Notes: generated by a model from the letters alone, not told the origin. 24,000 nucleotides of DNA from Prochlorococcus sp. AG-363-M21 (GCA_003278305.1 QCFU01000001.1:226500-250499), one strand, 5' to 3'; positions 1-7,676 are shown, counted from the first letter of the stretch. Numbers and translations: made by a program.

Positions 1-399
1 TCTTACTCTTCTAGTTAATGCGTACCATTTACCATCTTTATCTCGATATTTTGCTGGAACATTTTTATCTAAAAATTCTGATCTGTAAGGCTGGAGAAGG
101 CCAAACTTTGCAGCATTGCTAATACGAGCTGCATCAACTAGTAAAACAACATCAGCTTTAGAATTTGAACCTTCTCTTTTTAGCCTCTCAATTAATGAAA
201 TACCTGTAGATTCAATCAACCTTACTCGGATCCCAGTTTCTTCTGCAAACTGCTTAAATACCTGTCTATCTGTATTATAATGGCGACCAGAGTAAACCCT
301 TACTTCCTTAGGAGATGCATTAGATTGACCCAGAAAACCAACACCTAACAGAAAAGATCCAAATGTAATTGAAGAAAGTAAACTGCCTAAATTTTTCAT
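1..399 (-). CDS. idiA: Fe(III) ABC transporter periplasmic substrate-binding protein (IdiA/FutA/AfuA family), N-terminal part; gene continues beyond the left edge
   Basis: Absent from the ORF track because it runs off the window. My minus-strand translation from ATG (comp. 397-399) is open to position 1: MKNLGSLLSSITFGSFLLGVGFLGQSNASPKEVRVYSGRHYNTDRQVFKQFAEETGIRVRLIESTGISLIERLKREGSNSKADVVLLVDAARISNAAKFGLLQPYRSEFLDKNVPAKYRDKDGKWYALTRRVR. Signal peptide followed by the VYSGRHY..D...F...TGI.V....G......L..EG..S.ADV motif typical of ferric-iron binding proteins. Confidence 0.85.
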   Translation of the reverse strand, partial: MKNLGSLLSSITFGSFLLGVGFLGQSNASPKEVRVYSGRHYNTDRQVFKQFAEETGIRVRLIESTGISLIERLKREGSNSKADVVLLVDAARISNAAKFGLLQPYRSEFLDKNVPAKYRDKDGKWYALTRRVR

Positions 400-420
400 T
401 AAATAACTAAAAATTTTTAT

Positions 421-437
421 ATATAATCATTTTATAG
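421..437. promoter_or_regulatory. Candidate Fur-box-like site in the idiA/piuC divergent intergenic region
   Basis: ATATAATCATTTTATAG contains TAATCATT, the core of the GATAATGATAATCATTATC Fur consensus, and lies between two divergent iron-related genes. In AT-rich DNA this could arise by chance. Confidence 0.2.
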
Positions 438-544
438 AACAGCAAGCAAAAGTACTGCAAAAAGAAAATATATACACTAGGTTGTATAAAATGTTGCAGT
501 CATATAGGTTTGCAAACTCACCTTCATTCTGATATCTCAAATTT

Positions 545-1210
545 ATGGATTATTTAATACACCCATTATTAGATCAAGAAACTACAAATCGTTTAATAAA
601 TAGCATTGTTAATGATAGTTGTGCATGGGAAGATGGGAAAAAAACTGCTGGTTCTTATGCATCATTAGTAAAAAATAATTTGCAGCTTGACAAAAGATCA
701 CAAGCTTCTATTTCAAATAGTGATTTAATTATTAAAGCTATAAAGTCTGATCAACTAATCAAAAGCTTTGCTCTCCCTAAACGTATTCATAGCTTGATGT
801 TTACAAAAACATCTGAAGGGGGAAATTATGGGATGCACATTGATAACCCCTATATGAAAGAAGGAAGAAGTGATTTATCCTTTACTTTATTTCTTAGTAA
901 TCCTAATGACTATCATGGAGGTGAATTGTGTATTCAAACTATCCAAGATTCAAAAGAATTAAAACTAGATTCAGGTGAAATTTTAATCTATCCAAGTACT
1001 AGCCTTCACTCAGTAAAAAAAGTGACAAAAGGCGAGAGATTAGTCTGCGTAGGTTGGATTCATAGCTATATCAAGAGTAATGAAGACAGAAGTATATTAT
1101 TTGGGATTGATGCGGGGGCTAAAGGAATCCTTTCCCAACATGGGCAATCATCAGAATTAGATTTAATTTTTCAGTCATACAGCAACCTTTTAAGAAGGCT
1201 GGGAGAGTAA
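545..1210 (+). CDS. piuC: PiuC/YbiX-like Fe(II)/2-oxoglutarate-dependent oxygenase (PKHD-type hydroxylase)
   Basis: 221-aa ORF. YGMHIDNP (HxD), RSDLSFTLFLSNPNDYHGGEL, ILIYPSTSLHSV (distal His) and RLVCVGWIHS match the E. coli YbiX/PiuC pattern (YGAHVDN...TDLSATLFLS.P..Y.GGEL...YPSTSLHRV...FWIQS). Confidence 0.85.
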   Translation: MDYLIHPLLDQETTNRLINSIVNDSCAWEDGKKTAGSYASLVKNNLQLDKRSQASISNSDLIIKAIKSDQLIKSFALPKRIHSLMFTKTSEGGNYGMHIDNPYMKEGRSDLSFTLFLSNPNDYHGGELCIQTIQDSKELKLDSGEILIYPSTSLHSVKKVTKGERLVCVGWIHSYIKSNEDRSILFGIDAGAKGILSQHGQSSELDLIFQSYSNLLRRLGE

Positions 1211-1320
1211 AAACATCCCCCCAACAATGCATCATTCGATACCTCTAAAAGTAAAGAATGGTCAGGAAATTAATTCGCAATAAGGTCAATATAATAAGGT
1301 TATTGAACTATTTTTTTGAA

Positions 1321-1560
1321 ATGAGTAAACGATCACCAGTTGGAATATTTCTTGCTGCTTCTGCAATTTTAGCAACTGGCGCTTTACAAACTACGCCAAT
1401 AGAAGCTGGCAACTCTGATATAGGTGGATTGAAAGAATGGACGACAGATCAGGAAATAGATGAGGAATCCTCTTTAGACGAGGCAGCTAAAAAGGCAAAA
1501 AAGAAAGCTGAAAAAGAAGATATATGTATACCAGTTGGAGAAGGAGAAAATTGCTGGTAA
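1321..1560 (+). CDS. Small secreted hypothetical protein with acidic/Lys-rich middle and C-terminal C-x9-C
   Basis: Track ORF 1258-1560. The internal ATG at 1321 gives MSKRSPVGIFLAASAILATGALQTTPIEAG..., a plausible signal peptide. Ends ...EDICIPVGEGENCW and is followed by a strong terminator. No recognisable family. Confidence 0.45.
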   Translation: MSKRSPVGIFLAASAILATGALQTTPIEAGNSDIGGLKEWTTDQEIDEESSLDEAAKKAKKKAEKEDICIPVGEGENCW

Positions 1561-1598
1561 TTATATTTCCAATTAATTTATAAAAATTAAATTTTCAT

Positions 1599-1630
1599 CA
1601 AAAAAAAGGCGGTCATTTGACCGCCTTTTT
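1599..1630. terminator. Bidirectional rho-independent terminator between the small secreted ORF (+) and the porin (-)
   Basis: A-run (1599-1607), GGCGGTC (1608-1614), loop ATTT, GACCGCC (1619-1625), T-run (1626-1630). Perfect 7-bp GC-rich stem flanked by A and T tracts, so it works on both strands. It lies between two convergent stop codons. Confidence 0.85.
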
Positions 1631-1657
1631 ATTTAATTGACTAATTTTGATCAATTA

Positions 1658-3232
1658 TCAGAACTTAAATGTTGTCTGAAGAATTGCACCAAAGAAATCA
1701 TCACTGTCATTAGTTGCACCATCTTCGCGATCTGTTGCGCCAAATAATGCAGGTGTGACTGTGATTCCATCAGTTACTGCATAGTCATAATACAGTTCCC
1801 ATGTCCAAGCACTGTCAGCTGGATCAGCGTCTCCGCCACCAACTACATCAGTTGCTCTTTGTGGTTGGCCAAAAGCAAGAGCTAGTCTGTTGCCATCAAT
1901 GAAAGCATCCTTCCATGTTAAGCCCATCATCCATGCAGCTGCAGTTTCAGTAGCAGTTGCTGAACCATCATCATTGACGTCAACTCTGTCATAACCAAGC
2001 TGAATTTCAGGAGTTAAGCCTGTATCTTCTGGCTTCCAATAAGCTCTCAAAGCATAAGCTGTTGAGTCGCCTGTAACTTCTTCTCCTTCTGCTGTTGCAT
2101 AGTAATCAGCCCACTCTTTACAGTCAGCTGCTCCAGCTGCAGTCTTACCACAGTTGTTGAAGGCAACACCTAAGGAAACCTGCCAACGAGGTGAACCATA
2201 TTCAACCTTGGAAAGCCATTTTGCCTGAGTCTCATCAGTCAAAAGACCTTCGTTGGCTTTTTCTGATCCTTTGGCTACATAGTTAGAAGAAACTGCCCAA
2301 CGAGCCTGAGAAGGATCATCTACTGGCTGAGTCCAAGCAGCACCAAAACCACCGTCGGTACTTGAACCATAAGTTGCAGCATTACCACCTAAAGCAAACT
2401 GCTTAAGCATTGGCTTGTAGATAGAAGGAGAACTAGCCAACATGTAGTAGTTTTCAACTAATGGTCCTGCCCAAATAGTGAAGTCACCTACAGGGAACTG
2501 ATACCAAATCTTGTCAACATTGATATTCTCATAGGAAGCATCACCATCTTTATAAGAATCAGATAGATGAAGACCAAGGGATGTATTTTCAGCCCAAGAA
2601 CTTTGTCCGTTACCGGCCACTATTCTTGTGTATAACTGATCCTTACCAGTGAAACTTGTATACAAGTCATACTTAGATCTAAATGTCATGTGCATAGCAT
2701 CATCGACATTTGTGGTGGTGTTATCTTCTACACCACTTAAAGCTTGAAGGTTGAAAGAAACCTTACCCTTCAGCTTTGTGGTTGAAGAGAACTGACCAGC
2801 ACTAAGTTCATTAACCTTGTACTCAAGTCCATCAACACGACCTTTCAGAATGGCCATTTCTGAGCCAAATTCTTCTGTTAGGCGAGCAGCATCATTACTT
2901 AATGCAGAGGCATCAGCTTGAAGACCATTATCAAGACATGCATTGATCAATGCAGCAGCCTCATAACGAGTCAAAGCTTGGCCATTGTTAAGGCTTTGAG
3001 TGTAGGCGTTATCTACACAGCCATAGCTCTCACTAAGATTTTGTAGAGCTGAATAAGCCCAATCTCCAGGTACTACATCGGAGAATTGAGCAGTAGAAGC
3101 TGCACTAGCTGCAGATGCTGTTGAACTACCTGTGTAAACATCATTGATGTTTACTTCAGCTGCGTTTGCAGCCAAAGGAGCCAACAGACCCAATGCAGCA
3201 GGAGCCACCAGCAAGCGCTGGAATAGTTTCAT
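1658..3232 (-). CDS. som: Cyanobacterial outer-membrane porin (N-terminal SLH domain, coiled-coil linker, OprB-like beta-barrel)
   Basis: Track ORF 1658-3244. Probable start at the second Met (MKLFQRLLVAPAALGLLAPLAANA, signal peptide). SLH-like FSDVVPGDWAYSALQNLSESYGC...LTRYEAAALINACL, then a coiled-coil segment, then alternating aromatic/Gly-rich barrel sequence ending in the OMP-type terminal ...TTFKF. Confidence 0.85.
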   Translation of the reverse strand: MKLFQRLLVAPAALGLLAPLAANAAEVNINDVYTGSSTASAASAASTAQFSDVVPGDWAYSALQNLSESYGCVDNAYTQSLNNGQALTRYEAAALINACLDNGLQADASALSNDAARLTEEFGSEMAILKGRVDGLEYKVNELSAGQFSSTTKLKGKVSFNLQALSGVEDNTTTNVDDAMHMTFRSKYDLYTSFTGKDQLYTRIVAGNGQSSWAENTSLGLHLSDSYKDGDASYENINVDKIWYQFPVGDFTIWAGPLVENYYMLASSPSIYKPMLKQFALGGNAATYGSSTDGGFGAAWTQPVDDPSQARWAVSSNYVAKGSEKANEGLLTDETQAKWLSKVEYGSPRWQVSLGVAFNNCGKTAAGAADCKEWADYYATAEGEEVTGDSTAYALRAYWKPEDTGLTPEIQLGYDRVDVNDDGSATATETAAAWMMGLTWKDAFIDGNRLALAFGQPQRATDVVGGGDADPADSAWTWELYYDYAVTDGITVTPALFGATDREDGATNDSDDFFGAILQTTFKF

Positions 3233-3399
3233 TGGATTCCTCACACGAAATGCCCATCAAAAAATGGGTATATTTACTTTATTATTTAATACTTATATGG
3301 CCACGTACATATTGCACAAGGAGGAGTATCATTCAATACATTTTTTCGATTAAAAGCCTTAAAGGGCAATTACTGAAAATAAGGTCAGCTGAATTAATT

Positions 3400-3570
3400 C
3401 TAAGGATTTCGTGAAATATAAAACTCAGATACATTCTTAAGCATCTCTACAATAACTTCATTCGAACATTTTGTTTTTTCTTGAAGCTTCATGCAAGCCT
3501 CCTTAACTGTAACAAAACAGTCTTCACATATTTCAGTTAATTCTTCCTCTGTAAAACGGTTCTCTGTCAT
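3400..3570 (-). CDS. Small Cys-containing hypothetical protein (56 aa)
   Basis: Below the track cutoff. My translation: MTENRFTEEELTEICEDCFVTVKEACMKLQEKTKCSNEVIVEMLKNVSEFYISRNP. ATG comp. 3568-3570, stop comp. 3400-3402. Same strand as the two Nif11-like ORFs upstream of it. Confidence 0.3.
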   Translation of the reverse strand: MTENRFTEEELTEICEDCFVTVKEACMKLQEKTKCSNEVIVEMLKNVSEFYISRNP

Positions 3571-3715
3571 AATTAAAGAAATTCAATATTAGAATTATAC
3601 CAATAAATAATTGCCTTTAAATCAATAGTTCCAAAACGAATAATTAATCATTTACAAGTGAATTATAAGAAATTAAAAATTTGTTTTTGGATTTAAGATA
3701 AAAAGCCTAATAAAA

Positions 3716-3895
3716 TTACTCTCCCCAGCGAGTCCCAATTTCATATCCCCAAGATTTAGCTAGAGCAACCACTTCATCATGAGTACTGCACAAAGACAGT
3801 TTTCCTCGCCTTTCTGGTTTTTCATCTAAAGAAGCAACTAAATTAACAAGTGAATCGACCTTTTTAAGAAACTTTTCGAGGTCTACTTCTGACAT
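3716..3895 (-). CDS. Small Nif11-like domain protein (59 aa)
   Basis: Below the track cutoff. My translation: MSEVDLEKFLKKVDSLVNLVASLDEKPERRGKLSLCSTHDEVVALAKSWGYEIGTRWGE. N-terminal L..FL.KV and C-terminal ..VV.LAK..GYEI resemble the Nif11 domain (PF07862) with an insertion. Confidence 0.5.
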   Translation of the reverse strand: MSEVDLEKFLKKVDSLVNLVASLDEKPERRGKLSLCSTHDEVVALAKSWGYEIGTRWGE

Positions 3896-3931
3896 AATGG
3901 AAAGTAAAGGAATTTTAAAAATAGATCTATA

Positions 3932-4147
3932 TTAATTATATTCCCCAGGAACATCATTTTTGCGAACAGTAACTTCCCCAACTTTTTTGCCAGAAAATCT
4001 AAGTAATTCGTCTCCAGAGAACTCATATCCCAAATTAAGCGCTATTTGAGCAACATCATCTGCTGTAGCTGAAGAAAGCACTTTGGCTTTTAATTCTGGA
4101 TCAGTTTGCATTTTTTGAAGAAAAGATTTTAATTCGTCCAAAGCCAT
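3932..4147 (-). CDS. Nif11-domain small protein
   Basis: Track ORF 3932-4180. Starting at the internal Met (comp. 4145-4147) gives MALDELKSFLQKMQTDPELKAKVLSSATADDVAQIALNLGYEFSGDELLRFSGKKVGEVTVRKNDVPGEYN. This closely matches the Nif11 consensus (..eLkaFlekv..DpeLqeklkaa....evv.iAke.Gfeft.eel) and avoids overlapping purT. Confidence 0.7.
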   Translation of the reverse strand: MALDELKSFLQKMQTDPELKAKVLSSATADDVAQIALNLGYEFSGDELLRFSGKKVGEVTVRKNDVPGEYN

Positions 4148-4196
4148 ATCTTTATCTAAGGTAATGGAAACATTGTTCAAGAATAATCCTATAGCT

Positions 4197-5363
4197 ATGA
4201 ATGTATTCCCAAAAACTTTAATGCTCCTTGGAAGTGGGGAACTAGGTAAAGAATTTGCTATAGCAGGGAAAAGGCTTGGTTGCGAAATTATCGCCTGTGA
4301 TCGCTATCCAAATGCTCCTGCTATGCAAATTGCAGATCAATCAGAAGTTTTTGATATGAGCGACAATGGACTACTGCAAAAAATAATAAGGAAATACCAG
4401 CCTGATGCTGTGGTGCCAGAGATAGAAGCTCTTGCAGTCAACGCATTAAAAGAACTTGAAGATGAAGGGCTTACCATTATCCCCACAGCAAACGCAACCG
4501 CAATAACAATGAATAGAGACAAAATAAGAAATTTATCATCTCAAGAACTAGGAATTTCGACAGCACAATATGCTTATGCCTCTAGTAGTAATGAACTAGA
4601 GGAAGTCGCCCCAAAGATTGGATTTCCCGTTTTTATAAAACCTGTAATGAGCTCATCGGGGAAAGGACAAAGCCTTGTATTGAATAAAAACGATCTAAAG
4701 GAAGCATGGTCAACAGCAATTGATTGTTCTAGAGGAAAATCAGGGAAAGTAATAGTAGAAGAATTTATTGAATTTAATCTTGAGATCACACTCTTAACAA
4801 TTAGGCAAAAGGATGGGACTACATTATTTTGTCCTCCTATTGGACATAAACAAACCAATGGAGATTATCAATCAAGTTGGCAGCCTGCTGAACTAAAAGA
4901 TGAGCTTTTAGAAGAAGCTAAAAAAATCGCCAAAATCATTACAGAGCATCTAGGCGGGGTTGGTTTATTTGGTGTTGAATTTTTTATATCTAAAGATAAA
5001 GTTGTTTTTTCAGAATTATCTCCAAGGCCTCATGATACTGGACTAGTTACTATTATAAGTCAGAACTTGAATGAATTTGAATTACATCTAAGAGCAATCC
5101 TAGGTCTTCCGATACCAGAAATAACATTAATAAGTCCTTCAGCGAGTAGAGTTATTCTTGCCAAAGATACTTATACATCAGTTAGATATATAGGAATTGA
5201 AAAAGCATTAAGTATATCAAATACAAATATATTAATTTTTGGAAAAAAATCATGTAAAAGAAATAGAAGGATGGGAGTTTGTTTAGCAAAAGGTAAAAAT
5301 ATAAAAGAAGCCTGCCATAGAGCAGACGAAGCGGCTAAACTAATTCAAGTTACAAGCAAATAA
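4197..5363 (+). CDS. purT: Formate-dependent phosphoribosylglycinamide formyltransferase (GAR transformylase 2), ATP-grasp
   Basis: Collinear with E. coli PurT: MLLGSGELGKE, DRY.NAPAM, VPEIEA, MNR..IR, KPVMSSSGKGQ, FEITLLT, GDY..SWQP, GLFGVE.F, FSE.SPRPHDTG, RR.GV.LA. The stop at 5363 is secure. The start is either 4164 (track) or 4197 (MNVFPKTLMLLGSG, preferred because it is closer to homolog N-termini). Confidence 0.9.
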   Translation: MNVFPKTLMLLGSGELGKEFAIAGKRLGCEIIACDRYPNAPAMQIADQSEVFDMSDNGLLQKIIRKYQPDAVVPEIEALAVNALKELEDEGLTIIPTANATAITMNRDKIRNLSSQELGISTAQYAYASSSNELEEVAPKIGFPVFIKPVMSSSGKGQSLVLNKNDLKEAWSTAIDCSRGKSGKVIVEEFIEFNLEITLLTIRQKDGTTLFCPPIGHKQTNGDYQSSWQPAELKDELLEEAKKIAKIITEHLGGVGLFGVEFFISKDKVVFSELSPRPHDTGLVTIISQNLNEFELHLRAILGLPIPEITLISPSASRVILAKDTYTSVRYIGIEKALSISNTNILIFGKKSCKRNRRMGVCLAKGKNIKEACHRADEAAKLIQVTSK

Positions 5364-5391
5364 CTAAAAATAAAATCTACTTGTTGAACCA

Positions 5392-5922
5392 ATGCAAACA
5401 TTTAAAGATAAATTCCAACAACTAAAAGAGATATCACCATTGTACAAATATTGGAAATCAAATCAAACCGAGGAAGATGAAAAAGATAGATTAATGAAGG
5501 TAAATACCAATGAAAATGCTAAATACCTCTTTGAGCAAGAGCCTTACAAGTGGGAAGTTCTTTACCAAAGCATTGGCAGAGAATTAATAAAAGGTGACAA
5601 GACTTCAATAAAAGGACTAAAAGTACTAATCAATACTCTAAATAAAGAAGAAGGTGAAAGACTGATCAAGCAATTTAATAATAAAGATTTATTTCCAGTA
5701 GAGATCACCCAATCAATGCTATCAAAAGAGACTACTGAGTCTAAACAGAATTACATTAGATTTATAAAAATTCTATTTGCAATCTTTACCAATCCATATG
5801 AAATAGAGCTAAAAGGAAATAAGAAGCATATTTATGAGAAATCAGGATATTATATTAATTGGATTAAGAGTACAATAAAGAAAATATTTAAACCAATTAC
5901 ATATAATTCGAAAAAAAGCTAG
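5392..5922 (+). CDS. Hypothetical protein (176 aa, Lys-rich)
   Basis: Long ORF for an AT-rich genome, starting 29 bp after purT on the same strand. No family recognised. Confidence 0.5.
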   Translation: MQTFKDKFQQLKEISPLYKYWKSNQTEEDEKDRLMKVNTNENAKYLFEQEPYKWEVLYQSIGRELIKGDKTSIKGLKVLINTLNKEEGERLIKQFNNKDLFPVEITQSMLSKETTESKQNYIRFIKILFAIFTNPYEIELKGNKKHIYEKSGYYINWIKSTIKKIFKPITYNSKKS

Positions 5923-6110
5923 CGCTTTATCTTTTTATTTTTTATCTCTCTTCTTGTTTTATCATTTTCCAATGTTGTTGTAACGAGATCTTGATATCCT
6001 CCTTTTGCAGAACTAAGAGCAAACATTATCAAAAAGCCAGCTCCAGCAATAATTATCACTCCAATCTCAATAGGGTTCAAATCAAGAGATACAGCAAAAA
6101 TATCTTGCAT
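5919..6110 (-). CDS. Small membrane protein, hypothetical (63 aa)
   Basis: One hydrophobic helix (IEIGVIIIAGAGFLIMFALSS) followed by a basic tail. Convergent with 5392-5922. Confidence 0.4.
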   Translation of the reverse strand: MQDIFAVSLDLNPIEIGVIIIAGAGFLIMFALSSAKGGYQDLVTTTLENDKTRREIKNKKIKR

Positions 6111-6267
6111 TAAAAAATTTAGAACAGTACAATCCTATTCTGAATTAAATTCGAGCAAAAAACAATGCTTGGAATAAATATCTAGTCTTTAATACTGTTT
6201 TACTTTTATAAAAGAAATGAATAATCAGTTTTTTATATAAGAGTGTTTCGCTAGCTTTATGCTTTTT

Positions 6268-6624
6268 CTAAGTAATACCATAAAGCTCAAATCCACTACT
6301 TAATCCATAACTAATTACTATAAAAGACATAATTCCCAAGCTAAAGAGTATGAAGGTAAATAACCTACTTACATGGTAATCAGATGGAGCAGGGTTAAAA
6401 TTTGCTATTACAAATGACTTATTAGTATAAATATTTCTATTAAAAAGGCCAGATTTACTTATTTTATTAGACAAAGGAAGACTTTCATTGATAGGAACAA
6501 CTTGAGCATAATCTTCTTTAAAGATTCTTGGAAACATATATGTGTGCCACAATGCAATTACAGATACCCAAAAGATCAAGCTTAAACCTGTTACACCAAA
6601 TAGTAAGTATTTAAAAATTTCCAT
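6268..6624 (-). CDS. Hypothetical membrane protein (118 aa, N- and C-terminal TM helices)
   Basis: Hydrophobic segments LLFGVTGLSLIFWVSVIALW and LFTFILFSLGIMSFIVISYGL. No family recognised. Confidence 0.5.
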   Translation of the reverse strand: MEIFKYLLFGVTGLSLIFWVSVIALWHTYMFPRIFKEDYAQVVPINESLPLSNKISKSGLFNRNIYTNKSFVIANFNPAPSDYHVSRLFTFILFSLGIMSFIVISYGLSSGFELYGIT

Positions 6625-6672
6625 CGTAATATATAAAACATTATAATATATGAGTAAAAAATTGATCCAATA

Positions 6673-6810
6673 TCAATGAATACTTCTAGACGTAGCTTTT
6701 TTTTCTAAAAATCTAGCTCTAATATACATAAAAATGCATAGAGTTGTTATTACAACTGGCGGATGATAGCCAATGTAAGCACTTACAGTTTGAATTTCTT
6801 CAGCTGACAT
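6673..6810 (-). CDS. Possible small membrane peptide (45 aa)
   Basis: My translation: MSAEEIQTVSAYIGYHPPVVITTLCIFMYIRARFLEKKATSRSIH. ORF only, with no homology evidence. Confidence 0.2.
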   Translation of the reverse strand: MSAEEIQTVSAYIGYHPPVVITTLCIFMYIRARFLEKKATSRSIH

Positions 6811-6951
6811 AATAGTAAATTTAAGGCTAGAAACTATTATCTCAATAAACCCTGCAATATAAGTAAAATTTGCAATACTTCATAGAGTCTTATACGACAA
6901 ATAAAAGTCAAAAATTAAACATTATTCTGAAATTCCTAGACTGAGCAAAAT

Positions 6952-7134
6952 TTAATTTTGATTTCTTCTAGCAAACACATTCTTTTGATATTTACTCTTC
7001 AAACTTAAGGCCTTTGAAGATGCCATATGAATTCGCACGTTAGATTCTGTCGTACAAATATCAGTGACAAAAGAAAAATATGAATTTTTCTGGTAATCTC
7101 CTTTTAAAGAAGACATTGTTGAAGAATTTCTCAA
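6952..7134 (-). CDS. Doubtful small basic ORF (60 aa)
   Basis: Track ORF only. Low-complexity basic tail, no recognisable family. May be non-coding. Confidence 0.15.
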   Translation of the reverse strand: MRNSSTMSSLKGDYQKNSYFSFVTDICTTESNVRIHMASSKALSLKSKYQKNVFARRNQN

Positions 7135-7387
7135 ATTAATACTTATTATTAGCAGAAAACTTCTATACTTAAAGTCCTATTTAGCGATTCTTTTAATGAA
7201 AGAGATGATTTATACCTGACTATGTTTCATTGGAAATCTAAAAGCGTAAGAATTGGTCTTGATTTCGTTAAACCAGAAAATTCGGCCTATCAATAAGGAG
7301 GTGATTTTTTAGAAGAAACTGCAAAATTTGATATATTAAAAAAAAATGCACATTAACTGATATGTTATATGGGTTAGTTTTTTGAAT

Positions 7388-7564
7388 TTGACACAAGTTA
7401 CTGTTGGAGAAAACGAAGGCATCGAATCAGCCCTTCGCAGATTTAAGCGGCAAGTCTCAAAGGCCGGAATATTTGGGGAGCTAAAAAGACTTCGCCATCA
7501 TGAAACACCTGTTGAGAAATACAAAAGGAAGCTACAACAGCGTCGTCGTTTCAAAAGGCACTAA
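7388..7564 (+). CDS. rpsU: 30S ribosomal protein S21 (bS21)
   Basis: (M)[57 protein letters not shown] matches the bS21 pattern. There is no in-frame ATG, so the start must be TTG at 7382 or, more likely, 7388. Confidence 0.9.
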   Translation: MTQVTVGENEGIESALRRFKRQVSKAGIFGELKRLRHHETPVEKYKRKLQQRRRFKRH

Positions 7565-7676
7565 ATTCATCTGCCGGTTTAATACGCCTGCAAACATAAA
7601 GTATCTCAGTGTTTTGACTAACCTTTTACTTAGATCTCTTGAATTGAAAAAAAAGGATCTAAGGCTCTAAAATCTT

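Noticed and set aside
3144-3414. Track ORFs 3144-3353 and 3166-3414 (+)
   Set aside because: They largely overlap the porin 5' end and its upstream region in antisense, and have low-complexity, unrecognisable sequence. Most likely shadow ORFs.
3716-4147. Nif11-like ORFs as prochlorosin/lanthipeptide precursors
   Set aside because: There is no GG/GA leader cleavage motif, the C-terminal tails are short and not Cys/Ser/Thr-rich, and no LanM or C39 exporter lies within 24 kb. I kept them as Nif11-domain proteins only.
4337-4858. Track ORFs 4337-4522 and 4574-4858 (-)
   Set aside because: Entirely antisense within the well-supported purT gene. Ser/Ile-rich shadow frames.
7629-7663. Inverted repeat CTTAGATC...GATCTAAG downstream of rpsU as a terminator
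   Set aside because: The 8-bp AT-rich stem has a 19-nt A-rich loop and no following T-run. It is too weak to call an intrinsic terminator, and comparable repeats occur by chance in AT-rich DNA (for example TTCTAAAG/CTTTAGAA near 14365-14415).
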